Positions 34,390-46,407 of a stretch of DNA of 57,170 nucleotides are shown piece by piece (within the stretch, counting starts at the first letter, position 1; every line of letters starts with the position of its first letter). The notes under the pieces are model-generated. The model worked only from the letters and a program-made list of their open reading frames with translations, ran no database searches and was not told where the DNA came from. The DNA lies in the NCBI GenBank assembly GCA_015680685.1, contig MNCI01002621.1, positions 258,795-315,964 on the forward strand, in the 5' to 3' direction. The position numbers were made by a program, and so were the translations under genes. Origin of the DNA: Gnetum montanum (Eukaryota > Plantae > Gnetophyta).

Positions 34390-37300
34390 TGTAACAACGT
34401 TGGCCCCGAACACGTTGTTCGGCACCCCAAGAGTTTCCCAAGGAGATTTGAATCCGGACAAAACTCAAGAGGAATACGCCTCAGCAATCAACAAGCTTGA
34501 AACACATACCAACAAACAACGTGTTAGCGTTAGCATGTCTCTTGAGAGGTGTTTCATAAACAACATTCGCGATACGCTAACAAGCTAGATAGCACTCCCT
34601 TGCTCCACTCACATGGACACCACGGGGACTACCAACTGAACCCTCCAGATTCATCACTGCGTGCTAGTAGTTGGTGTTGTGCTTCAAGGAGCGCACACAA
34701 ACATCCCATAGCACGTCCCATGACACCCGGTAAAAACACCCCAACGCAGAGTTGAACTACGCAACCCTCCCAGGCAAGGTCCTACCGAGTGGGGTAATGA
34801 GGTAGGTCGTAGCCTTCTCCTACTAATGCATGGAACTACCATGTCAGTATGGTTCCGAAGACACAAGGAGCGGAGGACCCCTTGTGCCCCCACGGCCCCC
34901 GAACCGTGGGGGAGGTAGCAGGCTACCAACAACCCTGCTACCTCTCTCACAATCCTCCCCTGCTTAAAATGAGCAACGACCTCGGAGTATGGCTTAGGTA
35001 ACTTGCAAGGTTGCTACATCAAAACCAAGGGAGGATTCCGTCAATTCCAGGGAAGTACGCCCATGTTATTCTAAGTCAAATTCGAAGGGATTTTTGGTTC
35101 TAGAAGGTCCAATTGCTAGGGCCTAAGGTTGTAAAGCATTTTTGTTGAACTCAACCGTCTTCCTAGGATCCAGACTCATCCTAGCATTTGACACCCAAGT
35201 CAAGAGCATCACTCCTCAAGACTTGAACTGTCCATCCTTCCATACCTGGCCTAAAATTCTAGGCTATGGGAGGACATCAAGTGGTCTATCATTGCAACAT
35301 GATAGAATGCACCGACCTAGGGATCCATGAGTTCTAGGGCATCCCCTGACTCGTTTGATCCAAAGATCTAGGGATCTTAAGTTCAACACTCTTTGAATCT
35401 TAAGCCCCATTGCCTATAGAGAACTTCGAATGGCTCCAGGCATCTTCCTCCCCTATTTGAGGTCGACTCCCATAGGAATTCGCTTTCGAATCCTATAAGG
35501 CACCACATGTTGCACCTCTTCTGATTTTTTTTTCCACATGGAAGGTTTCTCCATCCATCATCGGAGCAGCCAAGGTGGGAGGTCGATTGCTTCCTCTCTA
35601 CAGAAGTCCAGGATCAAGTTTTCCTAGGACCTTAAGCGCTCCAGTGATTCTCAACTATCTTATGAGTCAGGACGATGTTTCCAGTGGATAAGGAACTCCA
35701 CTTTCAAATCGGCCCCATGGCCAGTGGTTCGGAAGTTCCGGATGCATTCTGCTCTCTTTCCTTGTATAGATTGTATACAAGGTTGCTCTCTGATCGAGAG
35801 GCTTCTCTCCAGATATGGGAATCCATCCGGCAACGACTTTAGCATGCTGACATGAAAAACTAGATGAACTCGGTCCATATTGATCAGTAGTTGAAGCTTA
35901 TATGTCACAGGGTTAATTTTATCGATGATTCGGAAGGGACCATCATATTGCCTCATCAGCTTGGAGGTAGTTCCCTGTTTTGGTTTAAACTGACATGGGT
36001 CCAACTTCAGAAGGATCCAATCTCCCACCTTGAATTCACGAGGCTGGCGTTTTCGATCAGCATATTTTTTCATTCATTGCACTGTCCTCTCTAGATGATA
36101 CTTTGCTGTATCAACATTTTCAGACCACCTCTTCAAGAATTCATCTGCTGTGGGATGCCGACCCTACAACAAGGGGGAGACCATATGAGGGGTAATGGGC
36201 TACCTCCCCATTACCAGTTCCGCAAGAGAAAACCTGGTAGTTGAGGACTTCTGGATGTTATAGCTCAACTGGGCAATCCCTAACAGAAATGACCAGTTCT
36301 TTTGGTCACTACGAACATAGTGATGAAGGTACTCTTCAAGTACCTGATTCATCCGTTCCGTCTACCCATCGGTCTGCGGATGAAAGCTCATTGACAATTT
36401 GAGGGTGGTACCCATCATGCCAAATAGTGCTTGCTAGAAAGCACTTGTGAAGCGTGGATCTTGGTCTGAAATGATGCTCATGGGTAACCCAAAATATCGA
36501 ACCACCCTGTCAAAATAGTACACTGCCGGGTCCTCAACTGAACACTGTGATGGACAGGGAATGAATATGGCAAATTTAGAGAATTTGTCCACCACAACAA
36601 TAATGCTACTTAAGCCCTGAATATTTGGCAATCCTGTGATAAATTCCATAGACACTGTAGCCCATGGAAATGGAAGGATTTCCAAGGGCAACAGAAGACC
36701 ACCCAGACGCTCCGTAGACCCCTTATCCTGCTGGCACACTAGACACTTCTGGATATAAGCAATCACATCACGGTACATTTTTGGCTAGAAGAAGGTTCTC
36801 TCAATGAGAGCCAAGGTCCTTTGCTGTCTAGGGTGCCCAACCCACTGTGTGTTATGGCATTCTTGGATGATCTCCTTGCGTAGGCCATCCCAATCCAGAA
36901 TGCATATCCGATTATCCCGAAACCAAAGCAGTCCATCCCTCATTTTGAACTGTGGTGCTCATCCAGTTTCTGTCAGCTTCATTAAATCAATGATATGGGG
37001 GTCCCTTTTTAAACCACCTTGAATTCTAGCCAACAACACTTCATCACATTGAACGTGTGAAGTTTGTGGCCCAATGATGGAAAAGAGTTGAGAGGTAAGT
37101 TAAGGACGGTGACTCAATGCATCTGCCACCATGTTCTCCTTTCTAGGATGGTAAGTCAATTGCAAATCAAATTCGAATAGCATGGACAACCATCGAGCCT
37201 GTTTGGGCCTCAGCTTCGTTTGATTCATCAAGTAGCTAGTGGCCAAATTATTCATCTTTACGAGGACACGACTTCCCAGCAAGTAGTGTCTCCATGCTCT

Positions 37301-40300
37301 CAAGCAATGGACAATAGCGAACGTTTCCTTTTCATGGACTGGCAACCTTTGCTCTACTTGATTTAGCTTCCAGCTCTCATAAGCGATAGGATGACCTTCC
37401 TATAGTAAGACGTCCCCAATTGCATTCTCACTGGCATTCATATGAACCTCAAAGGGTTTCGAGAAATTGGGCAATGCCAACACTGGATGGGAGGTTAAAG
37501 CCTCTTTGATCCTCTCGAAGGCTTTTTAACAATTTGCGTCCCACTCCCATGCAACTTCTTTTTTTTGCAGATTGGTTAGAGGAGCAGTAATTCTTGAGAA
37601 ATTTTTGATGAATTTTCGATAGAAGCTAGCTAACCTCATAAACTGTCTGACCTTGTGCACATTAGTGGGAGTGAGCCATTGGCGCACAACCTCTACCTTC
37701 TTCGGATTTGGCTTTACCTGCCCATACCCCACGAGATGCCCCAAAAATTTTAGCTCCGAGCAACAGAATTCATATTTTTCTTTCTTAACATACAATTGAT
37801 TTTCTCGTAGCTTCTCAAGGACCATCTGCAAGTGGAGGGCATGTTCCTCCATTGACTGGCTATATATCAAGATGTCATCAAGATAAACGACCACAAATTT
37901 ATCTAGGAAGGGTCGAAATATCTGATTCATCAAGGTACAAAATGTAGCTGGTGCATTACAAAGCCCGAAAGGCATTACGGTCCATTCATACGACCCATAT
38001 TGTGTTACACATGTAGTTTTTGCTTCGTCCCCTTCTACAATGCGAACTTGGTAGTACCCTTGTCTGAGGTCTAGTCGGGTAAAATATCGAGCCCTTGCCA
38101 ATTGATCGAATAAGTTAGAAATGAGTGGTACTGGGTACTTGTTCTTGATCGTGTGTTACTTTAGTAGTTTATAATCATAACAGAGTCATAGCATTTCGTC
38201 CTCCTTGATAACAAACAACACTAGTGCCCCATAAGGGGATTTTGAGGGACGAATGTATCCCTTGGACATTAAACCTTCAAGCTGCTTTTTCAATTCCCCT
38301 AATTATGGTCCTGTTAATCGGCATGGCCTTTGAATAGGAGGATCAGTGCCAGGCTGCAATTCGATTTTGTGATCCATTGCTCTCCGAGGTGGCAAACTAC
38401 CAGGCAGTTCAGGTGACATCACATCTTTAAACTTATCGAGCACTTGTGTTATGCATGGGTCAACAATAGCTTGGGATCCACAAGCCTCAGAAGGATCACC
38501 CGTTTGCATAACCAGCAGAAATTTTCTGGTAGGGTCCCTGGCCAAGTGTTTCATCACCATTGGTGACACAATCTGGGGGCTAGCACCCTCATCTTTTCCC
38601 ATCTGTGCTCCATGAGTTTGAATAATGCACAAGGAGCTTTCATGTGAAATAAAAATCAAGTCCAAATGTGGAGCTGTGAAAACTTTGGCCTTGCGTAAAA
38701 ATTCTTGCTCCAAAATGACCTAAAAGGAGGCCATATCTAGAATTGAAAAATCTAGCACTCCTTGCCATGAGCCCACTTGAACGGGGACACCACGACACAC
38801 CCCGATGCACCGAAGGGACCTAAACTTGGCCAACTTGTAGGATGCTTGGACGGGTTCCATCTTTAGCTACAGGTTTTTCACCATGGCTGGAACCATGTAA
38901 TTGTGACTAGCCCCATTATCAATGAGGGTACTTAGCTGACTCATGATCATAGTGATTGGGGCTAATTGAACCTGATGTAGAGTATCAGGATTAGGATTTT
39001 GGGAGTTTCCAGCTCCTGACCTCTGTGTAACCATGTCTGATAACTCCATCATCACCGCTAGCCTTTGCTGTTCCCCCGATGTGCTTCCATCAGTAATATG
39101 AAGGCATGGATCAGGATGATAATTGAGTGCCATCAATTGTTTCCCAGGAGCTGGCCCCTGCCTATTCGCAGTCCTTCCTGAACTTAGGGAACAATTTCTT
39201 GCCAAGTGATTTCCATGACACAAGAAGCACTGAATTGGCCCCTTAAAGATGTCTCCTGTAAACTACATCTTCTTGGCCCCAGGTTGCCACATGCTCCCTG
39301 TATCCTTACGTTTTTGTTGAAAGCCTTGGTTCCATGGAGGACCACCCATCAGACGACTGCCTTGCTGAACTGATTTGAAGGTATTTCCACCTTTGATGGA
39401 TCTTGTATTTGTTCTTTGAGAGTGGGAGGGTGTGCCATGCTTACCCTTCCTAGGCTTACCCTTATTTGGCTTCATTTCCTTGAAGTCCAAAAAAGTGCCA
39501 GTAGCCACAATAGCCTCCGTGAGGGAGTCAATGCCTTTTCGACACAATTCCATCTGCACCCATGGTTGTAGCCCATTTACGAATTTGAAGAAACGATCCC
39601 GATCTCCCATATTGGGAATCAACAACATGAGTTCTTGGAAGCTATTGATATAATCCTCAAGCTTCCCTGAATGTTTTAGGATCTCTAGCTTGGTTCTAGC
39701 AATCCATTCAGAGTTCCCAGGACAGAACTGTTTGATCAATGCAGCCTTGAAGCTTTCCCACGTCTCGATCTTTTCTATCATGATGTCCTTTTCTTGGGCA
39801 CGAAGGAGACTAAGCCACCATAGCTTAGCACTTCCTATGAGAAATTGTGATGCTGTGGAGACCTTTTGGGTTGCAGGAACACCCCTAGTATTTAGGTACA
39901 TATCCACATCATGGAGGAAGTCCTCGATTTTAGCATCATTTCTCTCACCATCATAAGAACTCAGTTCTCTAGCTTTGATACCGGCTGTCGCTATTGGCTC
40001 ATTTGCCAAGTGTCCTGCTAAGGAGGATTTCAGGATGGTGTTTTCAATTTTCAAATCAGATAGTTCTTAATTTACCCCCACTAGGGCATCCTCTAGAACT
40101 TTCACTTGACCAACTAGGTCCTCAGCCAAGGATGCTTTTGTTTGTGCCTCTTCCAAGGATCCAAATAGATCCTTGTAGAGGTTGATCATGCGATCCAAAT
40201 GACCTTCCAAGATCAAAACCTTAGCCTCTACCAATTTCATCCTATCCTTGGAGCAAAGATCCATCTTTTCTTTTGATAAGTCAACATCTTTAAGAATGTG

Positions 40301-41197
40301 ATGGATCACATCCACGTTCTCTGGACCAGGATGGGCTAAGGCCTCATCAATTGCCTTAACATGATCCCATAATGTTTGAAACTTAGTCTCATCTTGACCA
40401 AGTTCTATTTTGGCCTTAATTTTTGGATTTTCTTGAACATCAGCCATGTCACTCGGTCCACTAGGCTCCATGTTTGCCAAAGAAAGAGCTTTAGCACAAG
40501 GTCACCCTCCAAGGGAGAGTGGTTAGCATAAGTTGAAAATGGTGAAAATTAAAACCCCACAAACCAAAAACCTTGATACCCACTTAGTGAGAATGTTTTA
40601 GCAAAAACTAAAACTGTGAGGCTCTGATACCATTTGTAACAATGTTGGTCCTGAGCACGTTGTTCGACACCCCAAGAGTTTCCCAAGCAGATTCTGAATC
40701 GGGACAAAACTCAAGAGGAATACGCCACATCAATCAACAAGCTTGAAACACATGCCAACAAACAATGTGTTAGCGTTGGCATGTCTCCTGAGCGGTGTTT
40801 CATAAACAACATTCGCAATACACTAATAAGCTAGATAGCACTCCCTTGCTCCACTCACGTGGACACCACGGGGACTACCAGCTGAACCCTCTAGATTCAT
40901 CACCGCGTGTTGGTAGTTGGTGTCGCTCTCCAAGAAGCACACGTAAACATCCCATAGCACGTCCCATGACACCTAGCAAAAACACCCCAATGCAAAGTTG
41001 AACTACGCAACCCTCCCAGGCAAGGTCCTACCAAGTGGGATAATAAGGTAGGTCGTAGCCTCCTCTTATTAATGCATGGAATTGCCATGCCAGTATGGTC
41101 CCGAAGACACAAGGAGCGGAGGACCCCTTGTGCCCCCACGACCCCTGAACCATGGGGGAGGTAGCAGGCTACCAGCAACCTTGCTACCTCTCTCACA
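34390..41197 (-). mobile_element. Full-length Ty3/Gypsy chromovirus, Galadriel-like, pseudogenised
   Basis: LTRs 34390-34951 and 40635-41197 (TG..CA, roughly 90% identical by eye); TSD ATTAT on both sides; PBS TGGTATCAGAGC (tRNA-iMet, 40621-40632 reverse); PPT TTAAGCAGGGGAGGAT (34952-34967 reverse). Confidence 0.95.
35620..40480 (-). pseudogene. gag-pol: gag-pol of the Galadriel-like element (gag, Zn knuckle, protease, RT, RNase H, integrase, chromodomain)
   Basis: gag WESFKAALIKQFCPGNSEWIAR...FVNGLQPWVQMEL; CFLCHGNHLARNC; LIDNGASHNY; RT ARYFTRLDLRQGYYQVRIVEGDEAKTTCVT..MPFGLCNAPATFCTLMN..YLDD; RH HEKETFAIVHCLRAWRHYLLG; IN VVVDKFSK..IISDQDPRFT; GPF motif; chromo-like VEFLIHWK. Many stops and frameshifts. 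Confidence 0.93.
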
Positions 41198-41225
41198 ATT
41201 ATAGTTGCTTTTATGTGTGTATATG

Positions 41226-42158
41226 TGATGAGTGGTGAGGTACCACTACACTTAACTATACAAATCATGAGGGTTCATGCACGATCTAGTCCAATTTCAT
41301 GGATGAAACTAGTTATGCATCTAGATCGTTATGCCTTCATCGCAGTTCGTTGTCTTCCCACTTGGATTAGTGGTAGCTTTGTCACATATGGTTTAGTCTA
41401 GAGTGATGCATATGATTCTTGATGTTGTTTCAGCCTTATGCTACTCTTAACAATAATAAAGAAATCAATTATTTAACTAATTAACAATAAAAAGTAAAGT
41501 CTAAACTAGCCTACGGGCTATGAGTATCCATTCCTAGCTTGCCATACACATCCTGAACCCACGTATCCACTACTAGGATTACCAAGCGCTATGCTACGAG
41601 GTGAACCAAGTAATAACGCTGCTTGAAATATCAAGCGAATATGTGTTTATGCTCAAAATTGGTTGTGCTCATTTTGCCAATTCATTAATATGCATGGAAA
41701 CGTAAATACTAACCAAGTACATGAAAAATAAATTGCATAAAAAGTAAATCTAATCTAAGTCAAAGTGCTGCAACGAATAAGAATCAATCTCGATCTTATT
41801 ACCATTAATGAAATGTGTCCAGGTACATTGCCACTCAAATAAGACATCATATAACTGACTCAGATCCACACTGTGAGCACTCATTGATTATTCTCTAAGA
41901 CTATGAAATAAAACTGCAAGAGTTCAGTTACTCCATTGACAAAACTTATCCCCAAATTGTATGCCCAAGTGCTATATTTATAGGCTAGCACACATCCTAC
42001 GATATTGGATATCCAACATCACTTCTTGGGCCCCAATATCAGGGTTGACAAAAATTAACACTTTATTCAAATAGATGCGACAACATGCATAGAGGCATCT
42101 ACATTGAGACATTTTCCTTGACATGGCTACGTCAACATAGCCAACCAATGCTTCATCA
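41226..42158 (-). mobile_element. Solo Athila-like LTR
   Basis: TGATGAG...TTCATCA; perfect TSD ATATG (41221-41225 / 42159-42163); reverse-complement homology to the A-family LTRs. Confidence 0.88.
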
Positions 42159-42550
42159 ATATGCATGAGGGGAATTGCATTTATGACATCTATAAGAAGT
42201 ATCATGTGGGGAAAGCTAAAAATGGGAACGGACTGGAAGCATGAACAATTCTATGTAGGATTACAAAGAATAATTATTGTTGCACTAGCTAGCCAAAGTA
42301 AATGACCTTTGCACTCCTCAACTTAAGATAGAGGTTTTTTATTTCAACAAGAAAAGCTCTAAGTGAATGATACTACTAGTCAAACTAGGTGGGGGAAGGT
42401 TTGCATCGGTCAAATTTCCTATTACATGGTTTATTGCCCACTTCTAAAACTAAAATTTATTACTAGTGTTGAAGCAAGTTAGCTAATCATTTGGATTGTT
42501 TGTATGGTATGGTATCATATGGCTCATCCACGCTCGCTCATTCCAATGGT

Positions 42551-42636
42551 CATTTGTCTTAATCATTAACATATTGAAATAAGTAAGCAATTTCATCATT
42601 TGTCCTAATCATTAACATACTGAAATAAGTAAGCAA
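42551..42636. repeat. Tandem duplication, 2 x 40 bp (period 46)
   Basis: CATTTGTC(T/C)TAATCATTAACATA(T/C)TGAAATAAGTAAGCAA twice. Confidence 0.85.
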
Positions 42637-42701
42637 CTTAAGTTCTGTGATCTACCTATTTATGTGTGTTCATCCATTTATTTTTGTTGTTTGTGTAGGG
42701 T

Positions 42702-43205
42702 TGTAATAGGTTTGCCTTGGAAAATACAATTCAACACTACCTGAGAGTCACAACAACAGCAATATGAGAGGGCAGACTCAAGGTGGACTATGCCTTAATG
42801 CTTAGCACTCTGTGTCACAACATAGTACACAGCCCATTAGCCAAACGTTAGATGAGTTAATGAACTCATAAGCATTAATTACGTAACCAGACCAACTAGG
42901 CATGCATACACACACACAACAGGCACTCATACACGGACTTCGTAGAAGGACTATGATACGTTCCTATTCTAACACTTCTAGTCCTAAGCCCAACTTCAAA
43001 GAGAGGGTAGTGGCCCAAGCATCAAAGCCAAAGCTCCTCTACAAGCCTACATATCCTTGAGATAAGGTTTACAATGAATCAGGGTCCATGTAGTTCTAAA
43101 TGATGGTTAAAGTACCATGGAACCCCAAAGGATCTCCATGCTCCTATGGCCCCCATTTCGAAGGGAAACAACCTTTGATCCACCAACAAGGCATGCTTTC
43201 GTACA
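42702..43205 (-). mobile_element. Solo LTR related to family C (44709-48170)
   Basis: TGTAAT...GTACA termini; near-TSD AGGGT/TGGGT; shares GACTCAAGGTGGA and CACCAACAAGGC with 44709-45478 and 47631-48170. Confidence 0.65.
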
Positions 43206-43229
43206 TGGGTTCTATTAAGTTTGACTAAA

Positions 43230-44708
43230 TATATGATGACACACATAATGCCTTCTTTGCATTATTGTACTTAAGCTTTTGTTGTTTGATTTTGTAACTT
43301 ATAGCACATGCATTTGAGTCAGTTGTCCAAAGTCTTTGTTTGAGTGGTTATACCCTTAGATGTAACTATGACCATGAATAAAGATCAAAATTGATTCATA
43401 ATTATTGCTACACTCTAACATAGATTAGATTTTAATTTTTAAACATTTTAATTTATTGCAAATTATTATTGTTATTTAGCATAATGTTTATGTTTTCAAG
43501 CATCTTAATCATGGCAAAATGAGCATGCTAACGACTTAAATGTTAAACATAAGTTAACTTGGTAATCTCGATAGTTAGCTAATTTGTTTTACTCAGTAGT
43601 TTGTTAGCTTGGTAACCTAGTTGATGAGCAGCGAGGTACCCCCTATTCCAAACCATATGAATCACAAGTGTTCACGCACGATCCAGTAAAATTCCATAGA
43701 TGGGACTAGTTGTGACATCTAGATCATTATGCTTTGATTGTAGTTCACTATCTTCCCACTTGGAGTAGTGGTAGGTTTGTCACATATGGTTTAGTTTAGA
43801 GTGAGGCATATGATAATTGATGTTGTTTTGGCCTTACGTTACTCCTAATGATAATAGAAAAATCAATTACTTAATCTAATTAACAACATAAAGTAAAGTC
43901 TAAACTAGCCTACAGGTGATGAGTGTTTGTTCCTAGCTTGTTGTACACATCTTGAACCCATGTATCCACTACTAGGATTACCAAGCGCTATGCTACTAGG
44001 TGAACCAAGCAATAATGTTGCTTGGAATATTAAGCGAATATGTGTTTACGCTCAAAATTGGTTGTGCTCATTCCACCAATTCATTAATATGCACGAAAAC
44101 GTAAATACTAACCAAGTACATGAAAAAGAAATTACATGGAAAGTAAATATAATCTAAGTCAAAGTGCTATAATGAATAAGAACCAATCTTAATCTTATTG
44201 TCATTCATGGAATGTGTCCAGGTACATTGCCACTCGAATAAGATGCCATACAACTGACTCAGATCCACATTGCGGACACTCACTAACTATTCTTTAAGAC
44301 CACAAAATAAAATTGTAAGAGTTCAGCTACTCTATTGACTAAAAAATTGCATAAACATGGCTACGAGTGTGTATTTATAGATTTTATTGCTATGCTGTGT
44401 CAATGGGGCCTCATCAACACATGAAATGATGCATTAACGGGGCCTCGTTGACGCATGAAATGATGCGTTGATGGGGCCTAGTCCATGAAGCCTAGTTATT
44501 GGGGCCTTATTATTGAGGCCTTGTTATTGGGGCCTTGTTATTGGAGCCTTGTTATCAAAGCCTTGATATCGAAGCCTTGTATGGGAGCCAAAATATTAGA
44601 GCCAATCAAAAAGTTGATTTTTTATCAGATATTCTAGCTAATTGATGATTCATCACTAGTGGTTAACTTATGAATCTAGAAACACAAATGCTTGTTGCGC
44701 TTAAGTTA
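43230..44708 (+). mobile_element. Old, fragmented Athila-like LTR hosting two later insertions
   Basis: GAATAAAGATCAAAATTGATTCAT and repeated CTTGGTAA(T/C)C motifs match A-family LTRs; boundaries approximate. Confidence 0.5.
43622..44655 (-). mobile_element. Solo Athila-like LTR
   Basis: TGATGAG...TTCATCA; perfect TSD CTAGT (43617-43621 / 44656-44660); closely similar to 41226-42158; U3 holds GGGGCCTTGTTATT and GGGGCCTCGTTGACGCATGAAATGATGC arrays (44401-44590). Confidence 0.9.
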
Positions 44709-44903
44709 TGTAATAACATTGCTCTAGGAAGCATCACTCAACACCACCCTTGAGCCTCGAAATTGTAAGTGTTCTAAAGTTGACTCAAGGTAGACTACAC
44801 CTCAACATCCTTAAGAACTTACAAGCACAACAAGAGCACAAAACACATATGTCATTCGTTAGTTCAAGAGTTAAAAGCCTTATAAGGATGCCTCATTATA
44901 CAT

Positions 44904-45117
44904 AACAATGAGGTGTTAGCCTAGTGGTAAGGGTTTTAGCCTAGTAACCCTAGGTTATATGTTTGATTCTACTAGGCAACACGTTATATGTTCGATTCTA
45001 CTAGGCAACGCTAAGGTATAAATTTTTTTAAAAAAAATTTGTAAAAGAAATACGAAACTAGTCTAATAGATCCCAAGGGTCTAAGTGGATGTAAGAAAAA
45101 TTTTTAGTTTCAGTTTC
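44904..45117 (+). mobile_element. tRNA-derived SINE, copy 3, inserted in one LTR of element C
   Basis: A box TAGCCTAGTGG, B box GTTCGATTC (locally duplicated); absent from the partner LTR at ~47815; possible TSD ACATAA. Confidence 0.7.
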
Positions 45118-46083
45118 ACATAATCATATAAGTGAACAAACTAAAGCAACACACATGTATACCATTCATAGAAAGCATTAGCAAATACATAAGAGACATC
45201 ATTCTTTAAGAGAGCTAAGATGTATACATATACTACATACATCTTGCCCTATACCCCTGCTCTGTAGGAAAGGAGCAATGCTTGAGTTAGAGAGGCTGAA
45301 GCCTCCCCAACAAGCATACACATCCTTGTGACACAGTTCATAAAAAATTAGGGAAATGTAATTTTATAGGGGTAATGGTTAAGATACTATTAAACCCAAG
45401 TGGATCTTCATACTCCTTCTAGCTCTTTTTTAAAAGTGGAGTAATCTTTAGATCACCAACAAGGCTTACTTTCTATACTTTCCCCTACTTGAAAGAAGTA
45501 ATGTCTTTGGACTATAAGCCTTTGTTCGTGTGCTTGTCTAAATGTGGAGAGTAAAGTAGATATTAAGGGGATTGAATAACTTTAAACTAATCTCACAATT
45601 ATCAACAAAAGGTTCAATGGCTAGGGTAATCAACCATAAAGCACAAATGTTAAACTTAACTTGACATCCAATAGAGGTTTAAAGATGCTTATGCAACCTA
45701 GGTTAAAGAAGAATATGCATGCCTCATTTTCTAAGCAGTATCGACCTTTTAACTTAGAGGAAAATATATTCACTTTACATGCAAGCCATTCCTCTACTTA
45801 TTATAGTAATACAAGGGTGTAGAGTTGATCCTCTATGTCCAAGGAGAGGATACCATGTACCTTATGGAAACTTATGTCTAATGCATAGTGGAAGCCTAAC
45901 ACTACCACCAGCTTTGGATCTTTGGAACCTTAACCTTAACATGGCATTACCCAAAAATTTCTTAATAGAACGGAAATACAGTGGTTCTCCACCTCTTAAA
46001 AGTGATTTATCCTTGAATCCATTGGCATCATCCAATTTGTTTTACATTCTTATTTATTTGCTACAAATAACACTATGACGTCC

Positions 46084-46205
46084 TTTTAGAAACTTGGGAC
46101 ATTCCCTTCCCTTTGAAAAACCTTAGGACATTTCCTCTCCTTTGAAAAATGTTTGGGGGATTCCCTCCCGTTTTAAAAACCTTCAAGTATTTCCTTCCCT
46201 TTCAA
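46084..46205. repeat. Four degenerate ~30 bp tandem units
   Basis: TTTGAAAAACCTTAGGACATTTCCTCTCC-like units. Confidence 0.7.
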
Positions 46206-46369
46206 GAAATATTTGTGCTTCCTTAGAGATATTGAAGAAGTTTATGCTTCCTATTCAGAGTTATGATAGAAAATGTATGCTTCTTGCTCAGAGTCATTAT
46301 TAAGAACATGTGCTCCCTACTTGGAGTCACTACACCAATGTCTTCTTTCATCCATACATGCACATGTTC

Positions 46370-46400
<31 letters not shown>

Positions 46401-46407
46401 TGTGTGT
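46370..46407. repeat. Compound (TG)n(AG)n microsatellite
   Basis: Directly visible. Confidence 0.9.

Noticed and set aside
34640-34665. Possible hammerhead ribozyme core (TGATGA) in the Galadriel LTR, and TGATGAG at Athila LTR starts
   Set aside because: The sense strand reads GTGATGA in both LTRs, not CTGATGA, with no correctly placed stem II/GAAA. TGATGAG is simply the LTR terminal inverted repeat.
34684-41268. Paired similar ORFs at 34684-34950 and 40900-41268
   Set aside because: They are the two LTR copies read through; no coding evidence.
44401-44590. CRISPR-like short repeats
   Set aside because: No unique spacers, eukaryotic context; these are U3 tandem repeats in an LTR.
41226-44655. 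One element with two LTRs
   Set aside because: Each LTR has its own TSD and there is no PBS or PPT between them.
44904-45010. tRNA gene
   Set aside because: A and B boxes are present but there is no cloverleaf, and shared non-tRNA 3' sequence marks it as a SINE.
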